Assembly (NCBI GenBank): GCA_964247055.1
Contig: OZ176050.1
Coordinates: 11,656,001-11,720,000 of the forward strand
DNA: 64,000 nucleotides
From: Paragordius varius
Taxonomy: Eukaryota; Animalia; Nematomorpha
Direction: 5' to 3'
The position numbers were made by a program, and so were the translations under genes. Below the pieces are notes generated by a model. The model worked only from the letters and a program-made list of their open reading frames with translations, searched no databases and was not told the origin of the DNA. Shown here piece after piece: positions 15,160 through 26,434 of this stretch. The first letter of the stretch is position 1. Every line of letters starts with the position of its first letter.

Positions 15160-15282
15160 TATCGGCTTTTAGTAAATTCTATCACATAACTTAAAGCAAA
15201 ATATAACGCTCTCATAAAATATTGATTTCTTCAACTTAGTGAAAAAACATACGGTTCTGGGCGTGAATAAAAAAACAATCGC
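15160..15282. promoter_or_regulatory. 123-bp spacer between the divergent unc-13 and IMP3 start codons; candidate bidirectional promoter or overlapping 5' leaders
   Basis: unc-13 ATG at 15159 (-) and IMP3 ATG at 15283 (+). The regulatory role is inferred from position only. Confidence 0.5.
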
Positions 15283-16961
15283 ATGGTTCGCAAACTCAGG
15301 TATCATGAGAAGAAATTGCTGAAAAAGGTTGATTTTATATCATGGGAATGTGATAATAATTTGCACGAACTTAAAGTCATGAAAAAATTTGGAGTTAAAA
15401 AACGGGAAGATTATACAAAGTATTTCAAAAAATAATTCTAGATACAATGGACTATCAAGGGAAATTCGTGAATTAGCCCGAAAGATTAAAGATTTAGATA
15501 ATAACGATCCATATAAAGCACAAACCACAGCTCATTTATTAGATAAATTGTAAATTTTATTTTATATCATTTTTATTTTTTGCTTAACTATATTATTTGC
15601 CCAGATATGAAATGGGACTTGTGCCTCATAAAAATACCCTTGAAGTTGCCGATAAAATTAATGCTTCATCTTTTTGCAAGTACTTTTGTCAAATATAAAT
15701 TTTAAGACGAAGGCTACCATGCGTTATGGTTTTAATGAAAATGGCTGAACGGGTTAAATACGCCACTCAATTCGTTGAACATGGACGTAATTCAATAATT
15801 TTTAACATAAACTTTTGCTAAAAAGTTGTTAATACTATAATATATTTTTTAATTTGGATTATATTGTTTATAATTTTTGTTTTTGTAACTATTATTTTTA
15901 AATGCCTTGCTCGCTATATTTTTGGATATCCGCAATTTATATTTTAAGCTGTTTAAGTCTATATTGATTTATATAAATTATATAGATGTTCGGATAGGAA
16001 CCGAATTAATACTAGATCCAGCATATTTTGTCACAAGGTATATACTCTTTCTTATTAAGGCATATAAAAATTTATTAAGATATGTACAATTATTTATAAT
16101 ATAGTATATTAAATTATTTTATTATGCAATTTTTTATGTAGATTGTATATATTGTTTAGGAGTATGGAAGATTTTATAACATGGACAGAATCATCCAAAA
16201 TTAAAAGACATGTTTTGGAGTACAATGAGATGGTTTATTTATTTAATATATTTTATTCCTTGTTATTATATGTTTCAATTGGGTATCGTACAAGTGACAA
16301 AGAATTAACACCATTTGTAAAAAACTCTTTGCAAATTTCAGTTCAATCATATATGTAGGGAATTTTGTTACAAACTAAATGTCTATTCGTTGCAAACATT
16401 CGCAGACCTGAACAATTATTGTGCACTTATTTGTTGCATTGTATGGAAATTAATTTAACATCCAGTGAATATATTCTCCAAGAGAATTTTCCTTTTTGTA
16501 AATACCATACATTTTGACATTTAAATTTCCGTTAGCCATAAGTTTGAATAATTATTCCCAACTTTCAATCCTTCTAAATATTTGTTTTTGAGTTATTGCA
16601 GTTGTGGCTCAATTATCCGCAGACAGGATCTTTCAAGGGAGTCCTTTCGATTTTTTCCATTATAGTTATTAAGCGTAATGGCTCTAACATTGAGCCTTAA
16701 TGTAGGACAGCATTAGAGAGTTAACTAGTTGGGAAATCCATGGCAGCATATGCTCACTATATGGGAAATCAAATTTCATCTTATGCAACAAATGTGACAA
16801 GAAACGTTCACATCATCTGAAATTAATGAATACGTTATGTTATGTATAAATTTTAAGATTGGTTATTATTGCAAGCGTATCATAATCAAACCATATGCAT
16901 TTTTTCTATATAATTTTTATTTATTTTATTTATTTAGCAAGATGATTTTGATGGCCTATGA
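15283..16961 (+). CDS. IMP3: U3 snoRNP protein IMP3. Exons: 15283-15419, 15442-15549, 15605-15679, 15707-15786, 15986-16037, 16160-16232, 16938-16961.
   Basis: Spliced translation [22 protein letters not shown]...[24 protein letters not shown]...ASSFCKRRLPCVM...FVEHGHVRIG...[39 protein letters not shown] is colinear with IMP3 from start to stop. Confidence 0.95.
16380..16650 (-). mobile_element. Possible decayed CR1/Jockey-type RT fragment inside IMP3 intron 6
   Basis: The remnant WL..../[10 protein letters not shown] resembles the post-YADD 'WxLxLNxxKCxV' motif; frameshifted. Confidence 0.35.
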
Positions 16962-17729
16962 ATCACAATTAACATTACCTATGATTTGTTATATAATACT
17001 CATTATTAAAATAAATTGGAAATGGATATTGCTCTAAATACAATTTATAACAAAAAAATTTGATTTTTTGGTTATACATTATGCTGGTTTATTCCCATAA
17101 TTGTTTGGTCAATTGGCAAAACAGTAGTCTATGGGTAAATGTTGAAATTAACCAATTTCTTTCTTTTGTTTATTTAGTTATGCACAAAATTTGTATTATA
17201 ACACACGCTACTGTAAATTTTTAGCGAGCAATTATGAGAATCACCATAATTTGAAACTGTAATATAAGAATTTCCAAAGTAATTTATTGGCCTCTATATA
17301 AAATTTTTATATACCCTTTTTGGCTTTGATTGGTAACAATCCTATTTTTTCCAAATAAAATTCTAAGAGGCACCCAAGTTGTAACATAAGAATGATTTTT
17401 TCGAAGTAAATAGGAATAATAATTTTATATCCAGCTATACTTTGCATTCCTTAATTCAGATTGATAATTTTTTATATAATAAAACTACATCTTAGGATAA
17501 ATAAACCAAATCATTCTTAAACGAGATATGGTTTTTTATATAAACATTTCCGATTTGATTTTTATAATCTATATACCTATAAAAATGGAAAGTGGTGACT
17601 TTGTGATCTGTTTCCGAAAAACCGGTAAACCCATTTAAATCCAAATGTCGAAAATATATAATCATTAATGAATGCCCAGACATAGCTTCGCCCTTAGGCC
17701 CCCAGTTCGGGCCTAACCCGTGAAAAAAC

Positions 17730-18790
17730 GGGTTTTTTGAAAACAGAAGTCCACAAATATCGTGTCTTTGAGACAATTTTTCGGAAAACGTGTTGGACCA
17801 TTCGATTTCAATTATGATTTTTTTTACTTATTTTCGATTGCGCCGAACATTGTCGGCTCGCTTTTTTAATTTTAGGCCTTTTTACCCGCTCCCCCGTAAA
17901 ATGCCATTTTTTAAAGTCCACAAAAATAAATTTTTGAATCTAATTTTCGCCCAAGGTATGAGACCGTAAAAATTCAATAAGGATCACAGTTATTCCCTAT
18001 TAAAGGGCAAAAATTTTAGTCAGGTGTTTCTTTGATCATACCTGCTGGGTAAGGAGACACCCGCTAAAAACTGACCCGTCATATCGAAATAGCGTGCCTT
18101 TAGGGCCAAATTTCACAAAACCTATCAGGCCATATGAACTCAAAAGCTGCTTATATCTCTAACAAGGCAAAAATTTAGATCGTACGGTTTTTTAAAATTA
18201 GCCTTAGTTAGATCCTTCACGCCCTGAAAAATGCGCAACCATAGAAGGATTTTTTAATTTTGAGGCAATTTTTTCAAAAACTACTGAGATATAGAATCAA
18301 TCATGATTCCAGGTATTTCCCGTAAAAAGGCAACAATTTTAATCAAGCGCTTTTTTGTATCAGCTTCTGGGTAGGGAGCTACCAACCTAATACTGCGCCA
18401 CTACATCACAATTGCGTTGTTTAGTTGTTAATTTTCAGAAAACTCAGGCCATATAAGTTTTTAAGGGCCTGAATTATTACCCGTAAAAAGGCACAAATTT
18501 AAGTCGAGCGGTTTTTTAAATTAGCCGTAAAATAGGCCCTTTACGCCCTAAAAATGCGCTATCATTGAACTATTATTTAGTTTTGAAGCCATTCTTCCAT
18601 ATAAGAACATATGGAATGAATGATGATTCCAGGTATTCCCGAATAAAGGCAAAATTTTTTATCTAACTACAATTTTATATTGGCCTCTGTGTAGGGGGCT
18701 ACCCGCCTACAACTGCGCCATCATCGATACACTATGCCTTTGGAGCCAAATTTTAGAAAACTTATGAGACTTGAATCATTTCAAAACTTC
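17730..18790. repeat. Diverged tandem array with ~160-bp monomers alternating A/B into a ~320-bp dimer
   Basis: An AAAGGC(A)AAAATTT-type motif recurs near 17991, 18153, 18313, 18474 and 18633. TGATTCCAGGTATT occurs at 18304/18624 and CTGCGCCA at 18393/18713 (320 apart). Confidence 0.75.
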
Positions 18791-19791
18791 GTGCCGCATA
18801 ATATAATTGCTTATAAAATCAAAAATATATTATGCTCATTTCAAAAAAAATTGTCTAAAGACAATCATCACAAATAACATTGTAGTATCCTGCTTTTTCA
18901 ACTTCAAATGTTGTTTTAAGGCAGGGGTGTCCAACACAAATGGCTTGAAGAGCCACCTTTTCGACCTCAAAATTCCAAAAACCCACTTTTTATTTATATA
19001 TATTAAGACATTGGTAACAAATAAATTTATTATATTAACATATAGATGTGCTAGTTTTCATATCAAAAAGAAAATAAACAGTATAAATATAATAATGCTT
19101 CGCTAATTAATTTATATCGATATGTAAAAAAAGATAAAAATACATGGATATGGTAAACTTATTGTTCGATAGTATGACTAGAGTAGACTATGGCGAATTT
19201 AATCGCCAAAATGTAACCTTTTTTTATCTAATAAAATTAAAAGAAATAAATATTTTTCATTGCATAATTTTTTAATGGGATATTTGTTTTGTAATTTTTT
19301 TGCATATTCAGATCTATATCAATATTTGATACAGCACATCTCAATAATTTTCAGTTAATAAAGAACATGAAAGAGATTTTGTGTATTTCATTTTAGAAAA
19401 AATACTTTTACAAAGATAATTGGACGGAAAAGCACAAATCTTTGTGCAAAAATTCTTTAATTATGAAATTTATTAAACGTTATATATTTTTTAAAAAATT
19501 CAATTTTATTTGTTTGCTTAAATAATAATTTTAATTCATTATTGGATTGCAAATCTAGTAATTCCATTTGAAAATTAATAGGAGCGTTGATAGCTTCAAC
19601 GTAGAATGGACAACAAAATAAATCAAATATTTTTTCATATTTTGTCATATCCCCGTATCAATTATTAAAAGCTTTTGATAATATGTTAATTTGAGCTGCA
19701 TATTTTGAAAAATCGTTAGTTTTACCAGCTTTAAATCTATTCAATTCTGGAAAATGTTTAGCATTATTTTTTTAAATGGCATTCAAATAAC

Positions 19792-20328
19792 AATAAATCA
19801 GGAGGAGTATAGATAGTTAGTCTACCGAGTTGCAGGTTGGATATATTAGTAAATCCTAATTAGCAACAGAGACTATGAGAAACCAAATTTTGTTGACAGT
19901 GTTTACCACGTGTCATAGTGTGAGACGCGTTTCGTCCTTTTTGTGGACTCATCAGCCACACATAATGAACACGGGTAAACACTGTCAGTTCAGGAATTGT
20001 ATATATATTGAGTTTTAGATTGAAACCGAATAGAGTCGGGGAAATGAATATTATAGAGCTTAAAGTCCATATTGGACAACCGATACCAAAATTCAACCAA
20101 ATATTTTAACTCCTTATAATCCTTAAGCCAGGATTAAGCTTTTTATAATTAGATACTCAAGAAAGCAAATTTTGTTGACAGTGTTTATTTGGTTTTTCAT
20201 AGTCTCTGTTGCTAATTAGGATATACTAATATATCCAACCTGCAACTCGGTAACTATCTAAACTCCTTCTTGATTTATAACTTATAAGGAGATGGCGCCT
20301 TCCGCCAAAGATTTTCTTATTTTCTAGT
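19792..20328 (-). mobile_element. 5'-truncated Penelope-like retroelement with an inverted terminal duplication, nested in the hAT transposase
   Basis: An 11-bp direct repeat ATTCAAATAAC flanks it (19781-19791, 20329-20339). It has ~90-bp inverted arms (19793-19888 / 20187-20278), an internal hammerhead motif, and a frameshifted remnant FLEYLIIKKLNPGL resembling a PLE GIY-YIG C-terminus. Confidence 0.75.
19918..19961 (-). ncRNA. Minimal type I hammerhead ribozyme
   Basis: The minus strand reads GUGUGG-CUGAUGA-GUCC-ACAAAAA-GGAC-GAAA-CGCGUC^UCACAC: intact core, 4-bp stem II, palindromic ACGCGU stem III, GUC cleavage triplet and 6-bp stem I. Stem I is extended by a flanking inverted repeat (TGACAGTGTTTACC / GGTAAACACTGTCA). 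Confidence 0.85.
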
Positions 20329-21532
20329 ATTCAAATAACGTCAATTTTTTACAAAACGCTTTAATATGGTTATTGGCATCAACAATCAAATTATCTTGCT
20401 TTTGCAAGGATTAATTGATTTAGTTTTTCGGTAATATCTACGAGAAAGAATAAATCTGACAACCAATCTTCATTGGTTAATTCCTCTACCAAATAATTAT
20501 TCTGCAATAGAAAATTTTTTATTTCTTTTAATAAATAATAAAACCTTTTTAGACATTTTCCTCGACTAAGCCACCTTACATTTGAAAAAAATATAAGATC
20601 CATATATTCTGAATGAATTTCTTTTAATAACTACTTAAACTGCCTATGCTTCAAAGCATGAGATTTTATAAAATTAACTATTTTAATAACAACGGTCACA
20701 ACATTGTCAGAGCATGTGCGCAGAGATATTCACGGTGAATCATGTAATGCATTATATATATATGGTCAATATTAATACCATCGGATTCCATCTTATTTAA
20801 CCGGTTCCCTTGTTTTTTCCCATCATAGCTGGGGCACCATCTGTTGTCAAACAAGATAGCCCCCTCTTATTTAATTTATTGTCCACAATACATAAAATTG
20901 CATGAAACATATCATCTCCCTTAGTTGTATTTTTCATCGGAAATATGCCTAACATATCTTCTGTGATATTAAAAAATTCATCTATCCCTCGAATAAAGAC
21001 TACCAATTGTGATATGTTGCTTGTATCTGTGCTTTCATCAAATCACAAGGAAAACGCCACAAAATTTTGAATTTAGAGTAAGTTTAATTTCTTCCGCCAT
21101 GTCTGTAATTCGTCGACACATAGTATTGCGCGAAAGACTTATACTGAATATTAATTCAACTTTATTTGGCAAAACACATTTTATAATTTTCAGTTCGCAT
21201 TCCTTTACAAACTCACCATCAGAATAAGGCTTCATTTTTTTGGCGTGGCAACAATATATGCCTTTACTATCGGATAATGTTGCGTGAATGAAATTGTTGG
21301 TTGGAGATTATAAATATTTTTAAAGATTCTAATTTTATTATTTTCATTTCTGTAGTCATATTAATAAAATCCAAATGCATGGTATTGGCATGTCTTTTTA
21401 AATTATATTCGCGAAACCCGTTTGTCGTAAATTTGCAAATAAGGCACTCCGCTTTGTTGAAAATTTGAGTACATATTTTAATTCCCAGTCGGGATTGTAT
21501 TTTCTAGTTACTCTTTTAGATTTATGCATATT

Positions 21533-21790
21533 GAAAGCTAAATAAATTATTTTAAATACCTATTTTTTTGCATTAATTAATGTTTCAATGGACCCAAATC
21601 ATAATTCCCAGTATTGGTATGAAAGCTATATAAATTATTTTAAATACCTATTTTTTGCAAGTAATTTAATTTTTCAATGGACCTTAATTATAATTCCCAG
21701 TATTGGTATGAAAGCTAAATAAATTATTTTAAATACCTATTTTTTGCAAGTATTTTAATGTTTCATTGGACCCAAATTATATTTGCAAGT
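21533..21790. repeat. Three tandem 88-89-bp repeats just upstream of the hAT transposase start
   Basis: Units GAAAGCTA…TTATTTTAAATACCTATTTTTTGCA… start at 21533, 21621 and 21710. Confidence 0.85.
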
Positions 21791-24550
21791 AATTTAATGT
21801 TTTAATTTAATGTGAAAGTTATCATCTTAAAGTTGGAAATAACATGCAGGAAAAAATGTGTTTTATAAATGATTAAATGAATGCATTGATAGATATTCAT
21901 AATAAATAATTTTATTAAAAGTTTCTAAAAATGATTTAAATGTCAAAATAAAAATGCCTAATTTACATATAAAAAATTTTTGAAAAAATTAGAAATTATT
22001 TTTTTTCCAAATTTTCAAAGAGCCACTGTACCCTGTTGGTTACCCCTGTTTTAAGGGATACATAATTATAATCAGACCATTAATATAAAATAAGAGTCAC
22101 GTAGATTAGCAATAGCGAAGTATGAAATAGTTTCATAAATTAAAAATATACGCTTTTAACTAAGCTTTTCTGAAGTTTTTTTTCTAATGATCAATCAGAC
22201 GTTATTGATTTCAAACATAAAATTGTATTATAATGGATGACGGATTGATTATGTTTTGTAATGACAGTTGTAAAATCCGTAATTATCTACATGGTGAAAT
22301 GATATATGCTTGTACAGAACAATTGACTTTAAATGAATCTTTTTCCATTTATTCAATTTAATAGGATATGATAAATTTATGATAAATAAGAGTGAGGCAT
22401 CTAGGGTTGTGCATTTGACTGCTTTTTCAAAAAAATCCGGTCAGACCCAGTCAATTACACTTGCGTTATGTTATGTTTTTTCACAAAAGTTTATTATACA
22501 TTTTTTAAATATTTATTATTTACAAATATTCTTAGTCAAATTTAATCACGAAATTTGTTTTCATATGAATTTTGCCAAATGTTTGTGGCCTTCTGGATCT
22601 CTAAAAACATAGCTTTTAATACTGAATACTTTCTTTCATCATAAAAATATCCATTATATGATGTTTTTTTATTTTATTGGTTCACATATGTGAAATAATT
22701 GCATGTTTTGCAAAAAGCTTGATTGTATTGTTTTTCAAAATAACTGGATATGCTTAAATGCTAATGTTATAAGGATGCATGTTTAACAATTTTTATATAT
22801 TTAAAAAACATAAATATTTAATTTTTATTTTTTTTGAAAAATATATTAAAAAACAATAAAATCTTACTATGTTTCTTCTAAAAAACTTTTACGAGCAATA
22901 ATTCAAAAAGCAGCTGTTTTTTTTAATGACCATGGTCAAAAAATAAATAGTCACCGGGTCATCCCACTATAATATATATTCCCCGTGGATTATCATCATG
23001 CATGTATAGATTTTGATGGTTAAGTTAAAGTTAAAAGAGCTTATTGTTCGGGAGTATCTAAAGTAGATAGATGAAGTTGTTAATTATATCTATTAATAGG
23101 ATTAATTAACAACCATTATTTTAGAAATATTTGTTATTATATTATTATAATCTAAGATGTAGAAAATGTTTAATACAATGTTTTACTGCTGGACGTGGCA
23201 CATTCAAATCAAAAGTGGATTATATTCATTTTTAAATGCGCCGACTATAGTGGGTGCTAGAAAAAATGCAATGCATTCTATTGAGAACTAAATTGTAATG
23301 GAAAAATATTACGATCATCGGTCAGAAAATAACTTTTATTGATTACATTAGAAATAATTGGAACAAATTAATATTTTTAAGTAAAAAAACGAAGTAATCT
23401 AAAAGATTCTTATATTTGACTGATTGATAGGGTGTACCCGCCATTTCAAAACGCTAAATTAGGCATCATTAATTTTTGTTTTAAACGAATACAATGCAGG
23501 AGAATAAATAATTAATGGTAAAATATAAAATTGTGTAATTTATTTAACATGCAATGCAATTAACCAAAAAATAATAAAAATAATTAAATTAATAAATATT
23601 TGATTATGGCTTTTTTGGCGGACGCCTTTGACGGGCATTAGCGACAGATGTGTTGTGTCTCGGCCGATGCGTTGGTCTCGTCCTACGTGTTGTTGTGATA
23701 GGTGCGGGCGTCGTGGGAGTCGTTGCTAAAAATATTGTATAATTATTATTATAAAAGACACGACATGTAAAATCAGTGGTGATAAAACAGCGGCCATGCC
23801 CGGAATTATTTATTAAATTTTTTAATGTTAGTGTACTTATTTTGTGTATAATTAGTTATAGTTTTCTTGAAAGATCTTCATATATAATGCAAATATATTT
23901 TATAATTGACAAATAACCTTTTAATTAAAATTAATTTGTCTCTCCAGTATATCTTCTAAAGTAACCTTTGTTTTTAATGGCGTTCGAAATTGCAGAAAAT
24001 TTGCATATAGACTCCTTAAAAAGATAAGTCTATATATCAAGGTGTATCAAGAAAAGGGTGTAGCAGACCCATGTCGCCACTGTCCACAAAAGACGTCCCT
24101 TGCTGTCCTTCCATACACCAAATGGTGGTTCAGTGACAGCTGTCTAGTAGCGTTGGGGGTGGAGTGCATCTAAGGATATAGTGGTACGTTATAGATATAG
24201 ACATGTAAGTTACATCTTTGATTAAGGTAAAAGTTTACATAGATAAATGAATATTTAGGTTGCTTATCAATCTTAGACTGGTAACCTCTTAGCCCAATAC
24301 AAAACCTATTTATGATTCGAAATCAATCATAGCCATATGTAATAGACATAAGAATAAGACCTATACTCTAAATGTTAAACCCTATGTGCGTATTAATTGT
24401 AGGTGTAGCATAATTGTTCAAGGGGTTAGTAATGTCATTAATGTGTTGGTCATCCAGATATTATCATTATATCTGGTAAGTGTGTCACTGCATGTGGGCC
24501 TATCATTAGGATCAACGTCAATAGGCATTCAAGCTTTTGGTTAATAATAA

Positions 24551-25786
24551 CACAGTGCGCACAAAAAAATAAATGAACATGAGTTTTATATAGAATAATA
24601 AGAAATCATATGGAAAATGCGACCCCAAAATTTAGGGCAAAAATGCGCCCCAAAATGAAAATCTTCCATTTTTTCATTTTGACTAGAAATAGATTTTTGT
24701 CCATAATTTTAAAGTTATTAAGCAAACTCGACAAAACTTTTATATACTATATAAAAACTAATATATTCTTAATAAGAAAATACATAAAATTATTTTAAAG
24801 CTAGAAATTCGTAAATTTTATGACATTGTCGAAATATGTTAAAAAAAATTATTTGTAAAAACTCCATATTGGTATTATTATTTAAGTTTATGACTTATAT
24901 TAAACATACCAAAGAGTTGGTATGTCTAATAAAGGCTATATATCTTTTTAAGTCCATCAAAAAATTTGTATTTTTGGAATATTTTTGTTATTTTTTATTT
25001 TCCTCACATGCTTCTCGTTGATTAATAACAAAATAAAGCCGCAATTTTCAAACAAATATAGTGTATAGCAGGTAAATATTTGATTAGCAAATAAAGCTAT
25101 TTATAAATCCTATGCTGCTTTCTGCATATCAAAAGGTCTTTAATTAAATTTATTGTCTATAGATTAAATAGTATATAAACATTTATCCAAAGTAAAGTAA
25201 TGAGAATTTCATAATTTTGGAGTTTTGCTGGTTTTTTCTGTATTCGCATTTGAAAATTACGTCTTTATGTTGTTATGAAAATGAGAAGCATATGAAGAAA
25301 ATAAAATAAAAATAACGAAAATATTCCAAAAAATACAAGCTTTTGATGGACTTAAAAAGATACATAGCCTTTGTTAGACATACCTATCTTTGGTGTGTTT
25401 AATATAAGTTATAAACTTAATAATAATAACATAGAGTTTTTACAAAAAAAATTTTAACATACATCAACATTGTCAAAAAATTTACGAAATCTTTGTGGAA
25501 TTAAAAAAATTATTGATACTTTAAAATAATTTTATGTCGTTTTCTTAAGAATATATTATGTTTTAAATAATATATAAAAGTTTTATCGTGTTCGCTCAAT
25601 AAGTTAAAAAAATATGGACAAAAATCTATATCTAGTCAAAAATAAAAAAATAGAAGATTTCCATTTTGGGGCGCATTTTTGCCCCTAAATTTTTGGGGTC
25701 TCATTTTCCAAGGAATTTCTTATTATTCTAGATAAATCTCATGTTCGTTTATTTTTTTACCCCCCCCCCTTTTTTTGCGCACAGTG
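24551..25786. mobile_element. Non-autonomous foldback DNA transposon with ~500-bp imperfect inverted arms; CAC…GTG ends and TAA TSD (Chapaev3/CMC-like by inference)
   Basis: Ends are CACAGTGCGCAC and TGCGCACAGTG, with TAA at 24548-24550 and 25787-25789. The arms match in reverse complement from the termini to about 25050/25250. No ORF. Confidence 0.8.
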
Positions 25787-26256
25787 TAATAACTGACAAA
25801 TTTAAGATTGGCTGATAGAGAGCATTTCACAATCTTCGTGTCTTAAATTATGAAATATGGCTGATATCACGTTTAAAATGATAATTTTTAAAATTTTATA
25901 AAATTCATTTTCTTTAAATATAAAATATTAAATATTAGACTTTTAAATATCCTTTATGGTTTTAAGCTGAGTTGATGAATCCAAAATACTGGAACTAAAC
26001 TTTATTATAATTAATATAAAAATAGAAACACTTGATTAAAGCCAAGTTACAGTAAGAAAAAGTACACATTGCTAATTTGTCATTAATTCTTTCCAGATCG
26101 TATGGGCTAATAGCAGTAAAAAACGGAAAATAACTCTAAGATAATAGTACTGTTTTACTGTATATGCTATCTGGCAATACGATAAACAATTAGTACTGTA
26201 TACTTACTTAAATAGCAATCAATCAGTCTAAATAATCATTATACTGGAACATAATA

Positions 26257-26434
26257 CAGTATGCATTTTAATGGTTGATTATCACAGTATAGTAGGGCCA
26301 TTTGCAACACAGTAGTGTATGGAAAAAACGACAATGTTGAATAAACAATTATTTCCTTTCTTTTTTTCCATACTGTCCTCTGTTTTAAATCGCCCCATAT
26401 AGTGTGAAATAAGCAACCATTAAAAAGCATACTG
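26257..26434. mobile_element. 178-bp Tc1/mariner-type MITE
   Basis: TIRs CAGTATGCATTTTAATGGTTG / CAACCATTAAAAAGCATACTG with TA TSD; a related copy lies near 2448-2593. Confidence 0.75.

Larger units (their letters stand above)
19273..21529 (-). pseudogene. hAT transposase pseudogene (multiple stops and frameshifts, interrupted by a Penelope-like insertion)
   Basis: Fragments include a BED-like CLICK...YNLKRH...H, MKPYSDGEFVKEC, ISLSRNTMCRRI, IRGIDEFFNITEDMLG, TTDGAPAM, NVRWLSRGKCLKRF, WLSDLFFLVDITEKLN and LFCCPF. The end coordinate is approximate. Confidence 0.85.
18922..22048 (-). mobile_element. Complete hAT DNA transposon (Buster/SPIN/GTF2IRD2-type), inactive
   Basis: Termini are CAGGGGTGTCCAAC and GTTGGTTACCCCTG (imperfect TIR), with an identical 8-bp TSD TTTTAAGG at 18914-18921 and 22049-22056 and an internal broken transposase. 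Confidence 0.9.

Noticed and set aside
21533-21790. Regular repeats (also 17730-18790 and 60063-60110) as CRISPR-like arrays
   Set aside because: They are head-to-tail tandem units without unique spacers, in a eukaryotic intron-rich context with no cas genes.
22402-22969. Possible hAT-type MITE (TAGGGTTGTGC … GTCATCCCACTA)
   Set aside because: The terminal match is poor and no TSD was found.
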